Both the position numbers and the translations under genes were made by a program. Below the pieces are notes generated by a model that saw only the letters and a program-made list of their open reading frames with translations, was not told the DNA's origin and made no database searches. Below, in pieces: positions 57,901-63,695 of a stretch of DNA of 64,000 nucleotides (its first letter is position 1; every line of letters starts with the position of its first letter). Where the stretch lies: positions 10,780 to 74,779 of the IMG/VR virus record IMGVR_UViG_3300028832_000130, one strand, 5' to 3'. The DNA is from a virus. Taxonomy: Duplodnaviria > Caudoviricetes.

Positions 57901-58471
57901 CATCTCTGATACGACGGTCTATATCTGCAAAATACAAAGCGTCCATGTCTTGCTGTCTCTTGTTGGCGTCAACCATAACGTTGTACCTCTCGGCATTGGA
58001 GGTAATATAGCCTCCATTATCCTCAACAACGCGTCCTTTTCTTCCTAACTCTGGCGCTTGTCCCAGCGATTTCTCTTGATAAGTTAGCGCATCGGCCTCC
58101 CTTTGGTTAATCGGAAGTGCAGCATTAAAGGCAGCATTCTCCCCTTGGTTTGCAGTAATGTCAAAGGCCCACTGTTCTTGCCATGTTGGTTTGTATGGCT
58201 GATTGGCTTGCGCTTGTTCTGGCTGTGGGGCAATCTGTGGCTGCTGTGCAACCGTTTGCGCAGGTGCTTGCTGAGGCTGTTTTTTCTGCTGTCCTTCCAA
58301 AACTGCATCAGGGAACTGGCTCAGAAAGCCTTTACGCTCACTGACTGGAATGTCATACGTGTTACCGTTTGCTTGGTATGCTACAGTAGCATTTGGGTTG
58401 TCCTTCTCGAAGTTGGCTACTACGTTCTCTGGAATGTCGTAGGTCTGACCGTTAAGTTTATATACTGGCAT
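42935..58471 (-). CDS. Giant polyvalent DarB-like injected protein (PBECR-like nuclease, N6-adenine MTase, strawberry-notch SF2 helicase, zincin, LPD38-like tail), 5178 aa
   Basis: MTase GLEPSAGNG and VTNPPF; helicase GDQTGIGKG, MDESH, VQMRGRTDRTGQ; WWHEQVH...EE zincin; VSTPVGSVKMG...YIFVKTF nuclease-like; located in the ejection/lysis operon. Confidence 0.88.
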   Translation of the reverse strand: MPVYKLNGQTYDIPENVVANFEKDNPNATVAYQANGNTYDIPVSERKGFLSQFPDAVLEGQQKKQPQQAPAQTVAQQPQIAPQPEQAQANQPYKPTWQEQWAFDITANQGENAAFNAALPINQREADALTYQEKSLGQAPELGRKGRVVEDNGGYITSNAERYNVMVDANKRQQDMDALYFADIDRRIRDAFERRDDLKKEMDKIPHDWVDLEGRLHKVSEADRQKYSQLAKEYNDTEQELRKLTNNERFIGSIEEQGKKSLNDIYRQYEELKARREKAEGDKSFLDKFFDFVDNVTHPLSVIGIVPSSQQIKESIGAYGKELQDIAKEENVLGHRRDLVQESMDLLNEYRYEQQGGIGNLGLVTAARNVWNTAAKKDTWDFGINEFDRSYTIMQAIMKQDNGQPLSENEKALLNDWAYNNAVSGQYNEQLSGWAKAGMVTGESLPFMLEMALNPLSGLGEAATKTLTKYAVKRYGSKWVRDHIKSVVASKIATRAVADIAGAYGMASTTGIARTAADAVRRMTGEVNIGVDANGDITFNGIKPNTKEEPLMAFVKAFTNTGIENWSEMAGNYFGFLSDYFGKVIGKAVIGKAGRKMLKATGSVEGVSLNKAQKFIYELVAGKGIGAFSQGLADFAKKTQWHGVGNEYLEEVIGNIANAATVGDMTFDTKEDTGVFNLQQNIDTFCGVALMGGFMSALHTGGFVGHKINYNPDKVSEANAKLFGDELWGDIKSMIDNSYTDPRELKNSLTYILGSSKQRDKYGNKTNASVYSPEGKKAILKYTQAVLEKEGAEMVDYQPRMEFSSLKEVTGEDGKKQWQVTSTDKYGNTISQQSFDTEEEAKAYEGELKMQQQHQDYKDYLSMSTKLSFSEANDIIDEFLGLNSGTWTSEEAKAEAIAQMNDPNTTLGKQFQEFKLNKVVEKAKATQAAIAEFEAQNGWTPGTVKWLAEQDPMQLDEEGLQMQDQARDFLEQLAYPSNEVHVEHEQQKGANAGQEVVEKVVSTEEPIDPQNNVGKVIQDQWNAAQAARQAAFDKDEDLKQEVESREKAELTPQEIIASLTTFRPEQRQSMVDYYNAKARYESMLNEAAKAIDKEAQKSRERHTFKGKINGQPDTENVLTITNGTNTYTLVSGDITTNSQGQITNSASGLIIGFDDATGEFVQLSDTDGYTIGRNAYNLDQFEEMERERLGQNVTTVIDPNGTLNQQAPQQQVQSENVGGEAGGANATGANEPSAPAPAADTTQQLQQQPAQIPVDEKTGAKLYHEGQQSIDETINDMQEDGWDVNMMSQANINKAQKQLDKVNKKIQNGDFEPEDLMEQKRLQAIVDYYNKVKARYLELNPPYVDPQPFIQQMSQATSKKKADEILNAALQAGVKAEEIQPAHTQKVSGLIAKEEEERRKAEEITEKDLQDIAAKKGTADGRRWLLDRRRVPSYAKRIKMAKLIYGDLFDDEFSAWRDLRELISSWLGKGRMFDPDSFGQALGWDMGIGKDAAKVQSMFTARRENGGDGMTWDAFVHQVWESSGDRFDTEDISRELEEMFRSALDKYDLTEYQLQNRVAEAENALVNQENYEPEEGETLEQNADIPTGGLPFAPPVTQRPLGMSEEDAVATIEAMKEHATVAPVIEINDENWQNNVSTPVGSVKMGEHQKEKMFVKGREQQYGMLLETITNPDIVLEEMDSEDSVFHERPSSYIFVKTFVKPDGTKYVHFESVTVSQDGMEVSISSHIIKESKLKDKLMNDKMLYKNESLSPNSSEWRLAEQQEAVPDLLPTQGDNVSEGKDTENSDTSQENQPKSLSREEYLTLHPLTEEQIMADTEATEDEKLNAIDFLKGEDNSAISQFYYNSIYNRAQQPKEEQKSTGPQWQYEFHYDKDSGRAWITRDDVSGRIPIGDGRFRIEGKNLAELRGILENPANNLGPIMEQVEAQLHNAEVGEQLRKETSDPMEAINQAATEFKAEQERKAQDQADIDAALKEFDDFLNNAKGNSVLGKFMRKGLEGNDKAQTNLFDMMTGTNEAQRAFLGDLLRVSSKVGYAYIKSGIHDFQAWSKQMADAIGRKLKDVLGWDDSLINDFISEVWEQKYTVDGERMRLREHAEKLKNGKAEDQAVNVNKTENNEAENDVSLQQEAAKPAEELEGDSAEFADRQDKIAAFSKFVNEALFDAVMHGNISLKTMQGVKARAKEYGLDDMSMTDLQELVEAEIVNVARDIANTEALNDEQKFEHIKHLYEWQPTLSARDNDRINKQQYSTPAPMAFLMGKFVDPQKKAKSGLEPSAGNGMLTINLPKEIMHVNDIDEMRLSNLQKQGFGEVTSQDGTKSFGKKKYDVIVTNPPFGSVLPKEWGVYEISSLEQQMALNALDAMKDDGRAAIIIGGNTEYKRNGAVQGKDRQFLNYLYQAYNVVDVINMDGKALYTKQGTGYPVRMILINGRKPKYDPTVYAPVRDKARAEQVKTYDELFKRVNDDILRNKEHDGDTSSSVHTAESGQNGGLSDNGHVSSSNEKGVRNVRDGRSSGEHQLSTEPVVDVQRSDASAKAEGGGGNAQPETNGGMGTRPVLLHGRGNQSEQSRGSQTVSSENGTGEVAVGGSNSQRLPGDAVDSGAGLSVKQPEQKRELGAEKVPYRKQSTNPFDLQSQMPAEQADVVKKALEAIGDVDKFLVEELGYSSKEELYQALAAEQIDSVALAIHQMKKGDAFIIGDQTGIGKGRQGAALIRWAVKNGKAPVYFTAKPELFSSVYRDIKDIHSDGLRPFILASDKIKARITERKDGKDEVLFDLPSDKEQKRVLEYINKNGKLPPEYDFMITTYSQVGNGTMEYENGNKKARSYGKNKTATKADVNGQAKRDAIENLAGNSIVLMDESHLAGGESARGNYLQYVSTKAGGITYISATFAKRPDNMPLYSLRTAISKAGVAVSELIDAVKRGGATFQEIMSKALTEAGQMIRRERNMTGVTVDWKGIEDEDVIKKHYEQYDKIIGLFNDIIQFQRTYVDPIIDKMNDDAAEDQGEVNHTPGTRDMGINNTPFASQTHQIVKKVLLSLKAEEGAKFAVECLKNGEKPVICVENTNEGAADRATANSDEDMTMPDLSTSLHEGLESTLKIKKTDANNNDTYTSIPVSRLSEEGQRRYHEIEEAIANSSTGLSLSPIDVIKNYIRKAGYSIAELTGRKKEFIYNEDGTVKRVNRTDTDNKKNASDFNSGIVDAVIMNKSAGTGIDLHAGIKFLNTDQRHMIVVQPQSDINDEVQMRGRTDRTGQKQHSRYTYIVSTIPSEQRLLMMLKAKLRSLDANTTSSQKSKFNEMQVQDIINKYGDDIVTQYLAEHVDLAEKLLNPLKWGDDWQIKPSEELVASASKEGEAGKTASKVLGRMALLKVADQEKMLKEISDLYQTEIDRLNEMGENDLEITEMPLKAKTLSKQVWEQGIDPDSNNPFADNTYVEKVNMDVLRKPMKASEVKASQERLLGGKTWDEYKQETLAKVDEWAEKKKAETTETITERAKKKAAAEQERYVKGAKKAQEKNEMTDEEIERNGQIQYENMYKEEIKKLDDALAAIEAQKQVFVDALETFTTDGVYALPSNIYDLGSMTFEPGFGKLIDIKISDNMSPNASTISFATLDGRRKITIPINGKVKQQKGEKEQIFPTINSLTAQARGGWFGQNIANTLKVLEQNTDNWDKLTSTAARKDGYIITGNLLKALVSTREQGVGGKLISFTTDTGEVRQGILMPDNFEPKGLTSKTPISAKKDELKYNRDKVESADGDVSIRVTNDWNWNTHSYDTLELTVPKSAKKGAKYYNDETLLSLMDGQFEGSSKMKAEFKRSNLDAVMKRLDELGVTVAEEHKEEESPKRMITTNNPLEAIEQAADSWRQERQISLLDDIKDFVDSISSRFGVNGGVPTYVVNSRADLEALKGQVGDDVYNEIEELYNEPDTASGYFPKGDVVVVFGEKLRDIREAEEAWWHEQVHGYWQRMPADARNRYGQACYDWLKANRPDIYMHIRNAYEKEERLEEACSFLIGNVVVANIGTEKFMNEFLDNRQEIRNFAGELTNYIQNGRKEERNNQLGRLGENRQAPATQVRRSNQQGRERGDNVVRSEEEPELQEVVDPLKAIELSAKRWKKERKEKVEGVREMGEYSAKEVYHERIDRAETVVTEAGQDDMITFKKGQEAIAHDEEIPDSQNAYQAMNLSYGKTFTEQEQFTNIYRRPLEGTVLQLCEKMGWQTGDVDRYLFTKHGFERNRVLYVRDWLKAQRSKELEDDEKELLDEMEKDFAAMNNENYQKLKDGEISFAQYIEEMDDFIKSNINKRYNAEKHDYSGFTDMYGDEKGNYSEADILSKLQKQEEKMGDELRNRLWEQINLCSNLGLDKYRDCGMLSESVHDRIKNMFHFYVPMRGFNEGEAAQDHWQYMTESNNKNSVGGLLRNAKGRKSKANYPLSTLFAMTYKAISDGNQNVVKQHFYRLCQAHENDLVKIQDTWAVLDPTTGDFIVDFPRIDSDMTPQEVEQAVSDFNTRMAELEARGEAKRLNSKAKFDYKVDKKRMREHIVEVIINGQRKTMIVMGNPRMAQAINGELRYESGKGTVNKMVASLKQFQQTVSTSYNITFLGRNMLRDWTHFGAILAAREGMDYESEAQKYYRQQLPHMISLFKKYRAGTLDESKEMERDFKDFMDNGGITGFVHMKKVAELQKEMEGMLSTPGKVKKLTNSFFDKTLGAVEAMNEAIENNARFATYRASRHYAGRTKARSAYDAKEVTVNFNKKGAGRKTASFKSDKKSVTRAAKIAGEASQILMANKMFFNATVQAICNIFRGLKNPDGSINYKYAGRLLTRYAAPPFAMGMLMPVLNAALYALAGGDGDDDPYANLPEWVRRKNLCIYTGWIPGCGKNDFLVIPMGQELAAFYSMGDMIAGITLFPKLKPIDKTLYDEVIGFLNVFSPVDFETKITNEFNPVAEFAGRICSPVAPLVAVGENLGWTGKPIFREDRYPGDEWTPEYQMTLGNTNSAYISLSKWLNDISGGDDVKRGWAQINPSSMQYLLEQYTGGPGKFFMNTGSAVGDAYKWAFTDDEADFNMRKIEFFRAFWQQGDERTDLYRIKAKYRKYREEANEKYHNIKGYEADMGSNPEHLMKYMEEAKGKDFVRMEMVREAEKTLKQLNTAANQAEGRKRKNARALYNSTLQMVVEELDKTQDIE
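46189..46341 (-). CDS. Putative overprinted 50-aa protein (+1 frame inside giant gene)
   Basis: MEEKKKGTISLDDLAKIDRHQQPRFVEVINRDENGEITSYALKRNPNYKK; A-rich start context; host frame reads as low-complexity linker. Confidence 0.45.
   Translation of the reverse strand: MEEKKKGTISLDDLAKIDRHQQPRFVEVINRDENGEITSYALKRNPNYKK
50659..51087 (-). CDS. Putative overprinted acidic 142-aa protein (+1 frame inside giant gene)
   Basis: Protein-like composition while the giant frame is a G/S/N/R linker between MTase and helicase. Confidence 0.6.
   Translation of the reverse strand: MTYYVTRNTTEIHPLVFTPQKADRMEDYLIMDMLVLLMKREYEMCGTEEAQENINYQLSLSSMYSGAMQAPKPKEGEEMPSQKQMEEWAHDLYFFTDAGINLSNQEGAKLYPAKTEQEKWLSEEATLSDFLETLWIAEPDYQ
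53102..53226 (+). ncRNA. Antisense promoter plus structured RNA inside giant gene
   Basis: TTG-N20-TATCTTTG (53125-53132) followed by CATTGTCACC...GGTGACAATG 10-bp closing stem. Confidence 0.45.
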
Positions 58472-58478
58472 AATGTTA

Positions 58479-59840
58479 TTATTTTCTTATGTATTGACTA
58501 TAATCGGTAACGTTACTTGAACTACTATTTGCCCTCATGTATTGGCTATACGGATTTTCTCCTGCAAACTGACCACCTCCCCATGCCGTCTGAAACATTG
58601 GCTGTGGCTTATTCTCTTCCCGCATTAGCATAGCGCCCGTTCCTCGTGTATCGTTCTCATACTGCCAGTTGAAGTTGTCGCGCATATAGTCGGATGCTTC
58701 TCCGTTCTCTGCAATGACTTCTTCCACGATTCTATTGCGCACGTAATCTGGATCAGCTTTAGCGCCGACACCTAATTCGGCCATGCGCTTTTTGAATTCA
58801 TCTTGCTTAATCCATCCTGCGGTTTCAAAATCCTTGTATGCCTGATTCATTTGTGCCTGTGGAATGGAACGCCCAGGTACATGCATCTTTCCATAAGGAG
58901 ATTTAACTGGGAAATTTCCTTTTGAAGTACCGCCATTGGCTTCTATTTCTTTGTGGTGACGGATGGTTTCGGCAAGTCCAGCTCTAGTATTTGCCTCTAC
59001 TGCTCCATGATGGCGACGTGTTTCTTTGTCCTGACGCTCCCAACGTTTCTCGTTTGCCTTCTGTTTCTCGCGGTTGAACTTAGCAGTCTCGTCATATTGT
59101 CTCTGTCTTTCTGCGAGGTCTGCAGCAGCTTTTGCGGCATTAAACTTATAGTTTCGCTCGTCTTTAGATTGATTATAGTTGAACTGCTGTTCCCATCGTC
59201 TCTGCTCTGCATCCTGCTTGGCTTTAGCCTGCTGATAGGCAAGATACTGCTGGTTGGCTCTGTCGCGCAAAGCCTTGCCTTTCTCGTATCTAGCCTGCTC
59301 TTCCAATACGGGGTTGTTGAACTGCTGTACAGGAGCATAGCCTACGGTATTAGCTATGTTTCCGATATGTCGGAGAGCGTCAGCAACGGCAAGAATGCGG
59401 CGATTGGTCATGCTGGCCTTGCGAAGATTGTCTTCATCCTCTTGTGAGGTATAACCCATAGCCCTTGCAAGCTCTTCCATAGAGGTAATGGGCTTGTTGT
59501 TCTGCTGCTGTTCCTGCTGTCGTTCTTGTACAAAGTTCTGTTTATGTTCCTGCGGAGTAGTATTGTTCCGCTGTATAACAGTAGGCTTGTTTATTGCAGC
59601 ACGGATATAAGGCTCTGTGACTGGTGTACGGAAAAGGTTCGGAGTCGTGTTCGCAGCAGCCTTCCCTTGTGCGAATGCTTGCACGTCAGGATTTGCAGTT
59701 GTATATGCTACTGGCTGTTGCTGTTGAACCGCCTCCTGTGCTGCTGCCCTGCCTGCATAAGGATTGGGCGTAGGCTGTGGCATAAGCGGATATTGCTTAC
59801 CGTCTGGCATGGTAATCATGCGTTGGTTATTGTTTGCCAT
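58479..59840 (-). CDS. Internal virion/ejection protein (P22 gp20-like position)
   Basis: Q/A/N-rich, coiled coil, RRILAVADALRHIGN; directly upstream of giant gene. Confidence 0.6.
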   Translation of the reverse strand: MANNNQRMITMPDGKQYPLMPQPTPNPYAGRAAAQEAVQQQQPVAYTTANPDVQAFAQGKAAANTTPNLFRTPVTEPYIRAAINKPTVIQRNNTTPQEHKQNFVQERQQEQQQNNKPITSMEELARAMGYTSQEDEDNLRKASMTNRRILAVADALRHIGNIANTVGYAPVQQFNNPVLEEQARYEKGKALRDRANQQYLAYQQAKAKQDAEQRRWEQQFNYNQSKDERNYKFNAAKAAADLAERQRQYDETAKFNREKQKANEKRWERQDKETRRHHGAVEANTRAGLAETIRHHKEIEANGGTSKGNFPVKSPYGKMHVPGRSIPQAQMNQAYKDFETAGWIKQDEFKKRMAELGVGAKADPDYVRNRIVEEVIAENGEASDYMRDNFNWQYENDTRGTGAMLMREENKPQPMFQTAWGGGQFAGENPYSQYMRANSSSSNVTDYSQYIRK

Positions 59841-59843
59841 ATC

Positions 59844-60323
59844 TTATTTCTTCTTTATATTATTATCCTTGTCAAGGTAGTATTTGTCATAGCCAAGAAA
59901 CATATTTGCCTCGGCAATACGACGTCTCTTCAAGCCTACTAGCGGTTTACCTCCTGCATTGACCCATTTCACTATCTGGTCGGTGATTTCTTCGTCAGGA
60001 TCATCTGCAACAATCTTCTTCAATAAGGTAGAATTCCTAAAAGCACCCTCGCCAAGATTGAAATTCCACGAAACCAAGGCATCAAAGCACTCTTGTCTGA
60101 AATTGATACCCAGCTTGTTCAGCGTGCGCTCAATAGGCGCAATATCCTCTATCAGCAAGTCCTCTGCACGCATCTTGTCTATCACCTCGTTAGGCTTTAC
60201 ACATTTCGTATGCCCGTAACCTATAGTAAGAACTCCTGCAGGGCACTTGTAAGACTCTAGGCGAAGACCTTCAAAGTCCTTGATAAGCTGTAAGCCATTG
60301 CGGCTCGTCGTCATCTTCTTCAT
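59844..60323 (-). CDS. Endolysin, GH24 lysozyme
   Basis: IKDFEGLRLESYKCPAGVLTIGYGHT; FDALVSWNFNLG; GLKRRRIAE. Confidence 0.93.
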   Translation of the reverse strand: MKKMTTSRNGLQLIKDFEGLRLESYKCPAGVLTIGYGHTKCVKPNEVIDKMRAEDLLIEDIAPIERTLNKLGINFRQECFDALVSWNFNLGEGAFRNSTLLKKIVADDPDEEITDQIVKWVNAGGKPLVGLKRRRIAEANMFLGYDKYYLDKDNNIKKK

Positions 60324-60329
60324 AACTCC

Positions 60330-60818
60330 TTAGTTATCGTCCTTGTCCAGAATGGTGTTGTGATTTACTTCTTCGCTCTCTTCGCGCCACTTCTTCACGA
60401 AGTCGAACTTCTCGATATATTTCACGCTCAAAGTGTAATAGCAGATGTCGAAAAACCTATGCCAGGCAGTACCCTTCGGAGCAATATGCCGCAGATTACG
60501 GAAGATATTCGTTCCAAAGATATACACCGCGATATAACACAGTATCTTCACCACCGCCACGGCCTGTTCATGCTCACCCATCAGGTGACCGATGATAAAT
60601 GCCATGCAGGCAATCAACAAGAAGATGGCAACGTACACAAAGAACATCAAAGCCTTCTTGGTACTCCACTTCTCTTCTTTCATCCTATCTGCCAAAAGAC
60701 CAATAAGAAAATTCACACCAAACAGAATCAACATCGCATACATGAAATTCTGTATCGGAGCAAGCAGAGTGGCTATAGCACCTACCGCATAAACTATTAC
60801 TGTCTTAATATCGTCCAT
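60330..60818 (-). CDS. Holin
   Basis: 3-4 TM segments, adjacent to endolysin, SIxEN-like TNIFRNL. Confidence 0.75.
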   Translation of the reverse strand: MDDIKTVIVYAVGAIATLLAPIQNFMYAMLILFGVNFLIGLLADRMKEEKWSTKKALMFFVYVAIFLLIACMAFIIGHLMGEHEQAVAVVKILCYIAVYIFGTNIFRNLRHIAPKGTAWHRFFDICYYTLSVKYIEKFDFVKKWREESEEVNHNTILDKDDN

Positions 60819-60822
60819 AACA

Positions 60823-61239
60823 CTATCTGAATTTATATTTCAACACAACATAAATGAGCAAGCAAACCAAAAGAGACATAGCAAGCTCGCCAAACGCTAT
60901 CTTCTTCTCTTCCCACCACGTCAAAGGCTTCTCTACCTCAATAACCTGGGGAATAGTATCACACCTCATAAAGGTGTCACGCTCTACAACCATACGAATA
61001 CGGTCTTTATAAATGGTCTTGAACTTCTCTACCCATACAGTATCACCCTTCTCGTGAACAAACACAGAGTCCAAACACCAAATACTATCACGCTGAACAA
61101 AGGAATCGGTCTTGTAAACGTACTCGGTATGCACCTCCGGGACTGTAACAACCTTAGTAGCACAAGAACTAAGCAATAATACCATTATAAGGCTTATCAC
61201 CACTACCAAATACGTTAAAAGAAACCTATATCCCTTCAT
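60823..61239 (-). CDS. Spanin-like lipoprotein (unimolecular type)
   Basis: Lipobox LLSSC plus C-terminal TM IAFGELAMSLLVCLLIYVVLKYKFR; next to holin. Confidence 0.7.
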   Translation of the reverse strand: MKGYRFLLTYLVVVISLIMVLLLSSCATKVVTVPEVHTEYVYKTDSFVQRDSIWCLDSVFVHEKGDTVWVEKFKTIYKDRIRMVVERDTFMRCDTIPQVIEVEKPLTWWEEKKIAFGELAMSLLVCLLIYVVLKYKFR

Positions 61240-61266
61240 AATAATCTGATAAATTGAAAGTCCATG

Positions 61267-61473
61267 TTACTTTTTCGGGTGGTAAGTACCCCCACCATCA
61301 CCAGAATTAGGATGCTCAGCAAACCAAGCATCTATCTTCTCACGCAAAGAGAGTAAAATGTCCCTGTGAATACGGTCTACCTCGCCTAAAGCAGTCCTAT
61401 AGGCATCTAACATCAAACCATCAGTAATGTCACTGACCTTACGCTGATATGATATGTTCTCCTTCTTCGTCAT
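61267..61473 (-). CDS. Hypothetical protein
   Basis: 68-aa ORF upstream of lysis genes. Confidence 0.6.
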   Translation of the reverse strand: MTKKENISYQRKVSDITDGLMLDAYRTALGEVDRIHRDILLSLREKIDAWFAEHPNSGDGGGTYHPKK

Positions 61474-61612
61474 AATGTTAGTCTTATGTTACTTAATGGG
61501 TAACTAGTACCCCAGGGGTCAAAAGAGAATTTCTGTCTGTGCTTTATTCTACTGTACCTTGTTCGGGTGGTCATGCCCCCGCCCCCCTTTGGGTCGCCAT
61601 CGTCCCACCTCA

Positions 61613-62320
61613 TCACATCTGCATCGCCTTCCGCCAGTCGTCAACAGTTCCCGTCATGCCACTAGCGGTCGTTATCACTTCCTTGCTAGAGTCAGGTGTA
61701 CCATTTATTATCTCTCCCCCGTTACTGCCTCCGTTTAGATTGGGTTTTGCAGTGGATGATGCTTGGCTTGCAGCCCCTGCCATGCTTATAAGGGCATTGG
61801 ATGCTCCTTGTGCGGCTTGGGTGATGTTTTGCGCACGCTGTTGCTCTCTCGCCATGTCCATCTGAGCGTAGCGTTCTTGTGCTTGGCGGTGCATATTGTC
61901 TACATTGTCCTTTCTAGCGGTGTCTGTGGCTGCGATATTAGCAATAGTGTCGCCTACCATCTTGTTACCTGCCTCCTTTGCCATTGCCGTAGCTGCATCC
62001 GTGCCACCTGCAACGGCTTGCGCCCCTGCCGCCTTCTTCCAGTTCTCCTTGGCATACTCTTTGGCTCTTCTGGCAAGGTTCTGCCCTGCTGCGGTATCAA
62101 CGTAATTCTCGTTGTATCTACGCTTGTACCACGCTTCCTCTTTTGCCTCCTGCTGTCTTTGTCTGCGCTCGGCTTCCTTGGCAGCCTCTGAGGACTTTAT
62201 TCCACCGTAGAGGGACGAAGCAAGACCAGCTGCCGCCAGTGCGCCAACGATGAATTCTTTGCGGTTTGGAGCAAAGATATTGCCCATTCCTAAAGGCTGA
62301 TTGACATACTTTGTTACCAT
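61613..62320 (-). CDS. DNA ejection protein (P22 gp7-like)
   Basis: IVGALAAAGLASSLYGG hydrophobic N-term, Ala/Gln-rich coiled coil. Confidence 0.65.
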   Translation of the reverse strand: MVTKYVNQPLGMGNIFAPNRKEFIVGALAAAGLASSLYGGIKSSEAAKEAERRQRQQEAKEEAWYKRRYNENYVDTAAGQNLARRAKEYAKENWKKAAGAQAVAGGTDAATAMAKEAGNKMVGDTIANIAATDTARKDNVDNMHRQAQERYAQMDMAREQQRAQNITQAAQGASNALISMAGAASQASSTAKPNLNGGSNGGEIINGTPDSSKEVITTASGMTGTVDDWRKAMQM

Positions 62321-62438
62321 ATTGTTACATTTTTATGTTCTTCTTTGGATGAAATGCCAAATTTAAAGCCATTTCGACGGGTTTTGTGTGAACCTTGCAG
62401 GACTCAGACCCGACTATTTTCACTGGCTCTTCATGGGC

Positions 62439-62481
62439 GCAAATATAGCAGAAACAGTGAATGTGTTTTCCGTTTCTGAAA
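62439..62481 (-). promoter_or_regulatory. Late promoter 4 (ejection/lysis operon)
   Basis: TTTCAGAAACGGAA-N20-TATATTTGC on minus strand. Confidence 0.65.
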
Positions 62482-62801
62482 GTGTTTTATAATTTTAACA
62501 ATTGTGAATGTGTGCGGAAATGGGCGCAAATTCTCCCCTCATCTCTCCCCTTTCTCTTTCGTCAACATTCTTTACTTTTCTTGTATTTTTGTAACTGCTT
62601 GGTACTTTGGATTTTAGTTTCTTTTATGCTATAAGGGCAAACACAACTATTTTGTCATGTTTTATTACCACTCATACTTATCTGTTAACGAATTCAAATA
62701 AAAGGCTTGTCTTTCTAAACAAACCTTAATATAATTGCATATATGTAACTAAAATGGTGTTGAGTTGTTGAAATGTTAAAATATAGGGTTGATTGGTTTG
62801 G

Positions 62802-62880
62802 TTATACAGCTGATACAGTTGTGTACTAGCTTATCTCGTGAGTGTATTAGCTGTATAATGGAGTGTTATTAGCTGTATAA
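62802..62880. repeat. Three copies of AGCTGTATAA (one inverted, two direct)
   Basis: TTATACAGCT 62802-62811; TATTAGCTGTATAA 62845-62858 and 62867-62880. Confidence 0.6.
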
Positions 62881-62889
62881 ATGAAGAAA

Positions 62890-62915
62890 AGGAGAGCGTT
62901 TTTGTTTGCTCTCCT
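62890..62915 (-). terminator. Terminator of the membrane-protein gene
   Basis: AGGAGAG/CTCTCCT stem followed by TTTT on minus strand. Confidence 0.7.
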
Positions 62916-62941
62916 GGTATTTGTTGGTATAGTTTAGTCTT

Positions 62942-63322
62942 TTATTCTATTCCCTTGTCATCGTGTACTTGTACTGAACCTATTATGCTTCCTGCCGCCG
63001 CTCCTATGCATGCAAGTATTATCTTCCAATCTGCTATACCGATATAAAACAGCTGAATGCACAATGATGCAATGCATATAACTGTACATATAGTCGCAAG
63101 TACTACTGATGTTGTTTTGTGGTATTCAGGTGCAACGAACGAACCTGCAAGGACAAATACTGCTCCCATTACTACATTATATATTAATTCATCAATAAGG
63201 CTGAACATTTTGTAACCCAGTACTGGATTAAACATCTTGTCCACAAACCGCACAATTATAGAAGCGAGACCACCTCCAACTACTGCTGCAGGAAGAACAG
63301 CAATCCATCTTAGTATTTTCAT
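62942..63322 (-). CDS. 4-TM membrane protein (moron)
   Basis: Four hydrophobic segments; own -7 element TATCTTTG (63353-63360) and terminator. Confidence 0.75.
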   Translation of the reverse strand: MKILRWIAVLPAAVVGGGLASIIVRFVDKMFNPVLGYKMFSLIDELIYNVVMGAVFVLAGSFVAPEYHKTTSVVLATICTVICIASLCIQLFYIGIADWKIILACIGAAAGSIIGSVQVHDDKGIE

Positions 63323-63428
63323 AATAGTTTTGTTTTAGGTTCTACGATACTGCAAAGATAAGGAGATTATTTGAGAAAAACAAATGGATCCAAACGTTTT
63401 TTCGAAAAAAATAAAAAAGGGCGATTTC

Positions 63429-63695
63429 TCACCCTTCTTCGCTTACGATTGGAGTTACACGTATTGGTATCTCCTTGCCGCAATGGGGACAAATTATCGT
63501 CCCATCACCAAATAATTCGGGTACACTCACGTTTAATGCTTCTGCAATTCTCTTTAGATAGTTCATATCAAAGTTGTTTCTTGCGATTGCTTGGCTAAAA
63601 GACACTGGTTGTATTCCAATCTTCTTTGCCAGTTGTGCTTGTGTCATCCCACGTTCTTTACAGAGGTCTTTTATCCTCAAATCTGATTTCGCCAT
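63429..63695 (-). CDS. XRE-family HTH regulator with C-terminal CxxC
   Basis: LRIKDLCKERGMTQAQLAKKIGI...LKRIAEALNVSVPELF; ICPHCG. Confidence 0.88.
   Translation of the reverse strand: MAKSDLRIKDLCKERGMTQAQLAKKIGIQPVSFSQAIARNNFDMNYLKRIAEALNVSVPELFGDGTIICPHCGKEIPIRVTPIVSEEG

Noticed and set aside
58479-59840. Tape measure protein
   Set aside because: Too short, with no tail tube/terminator genes; context fits podovirus ejection proteins
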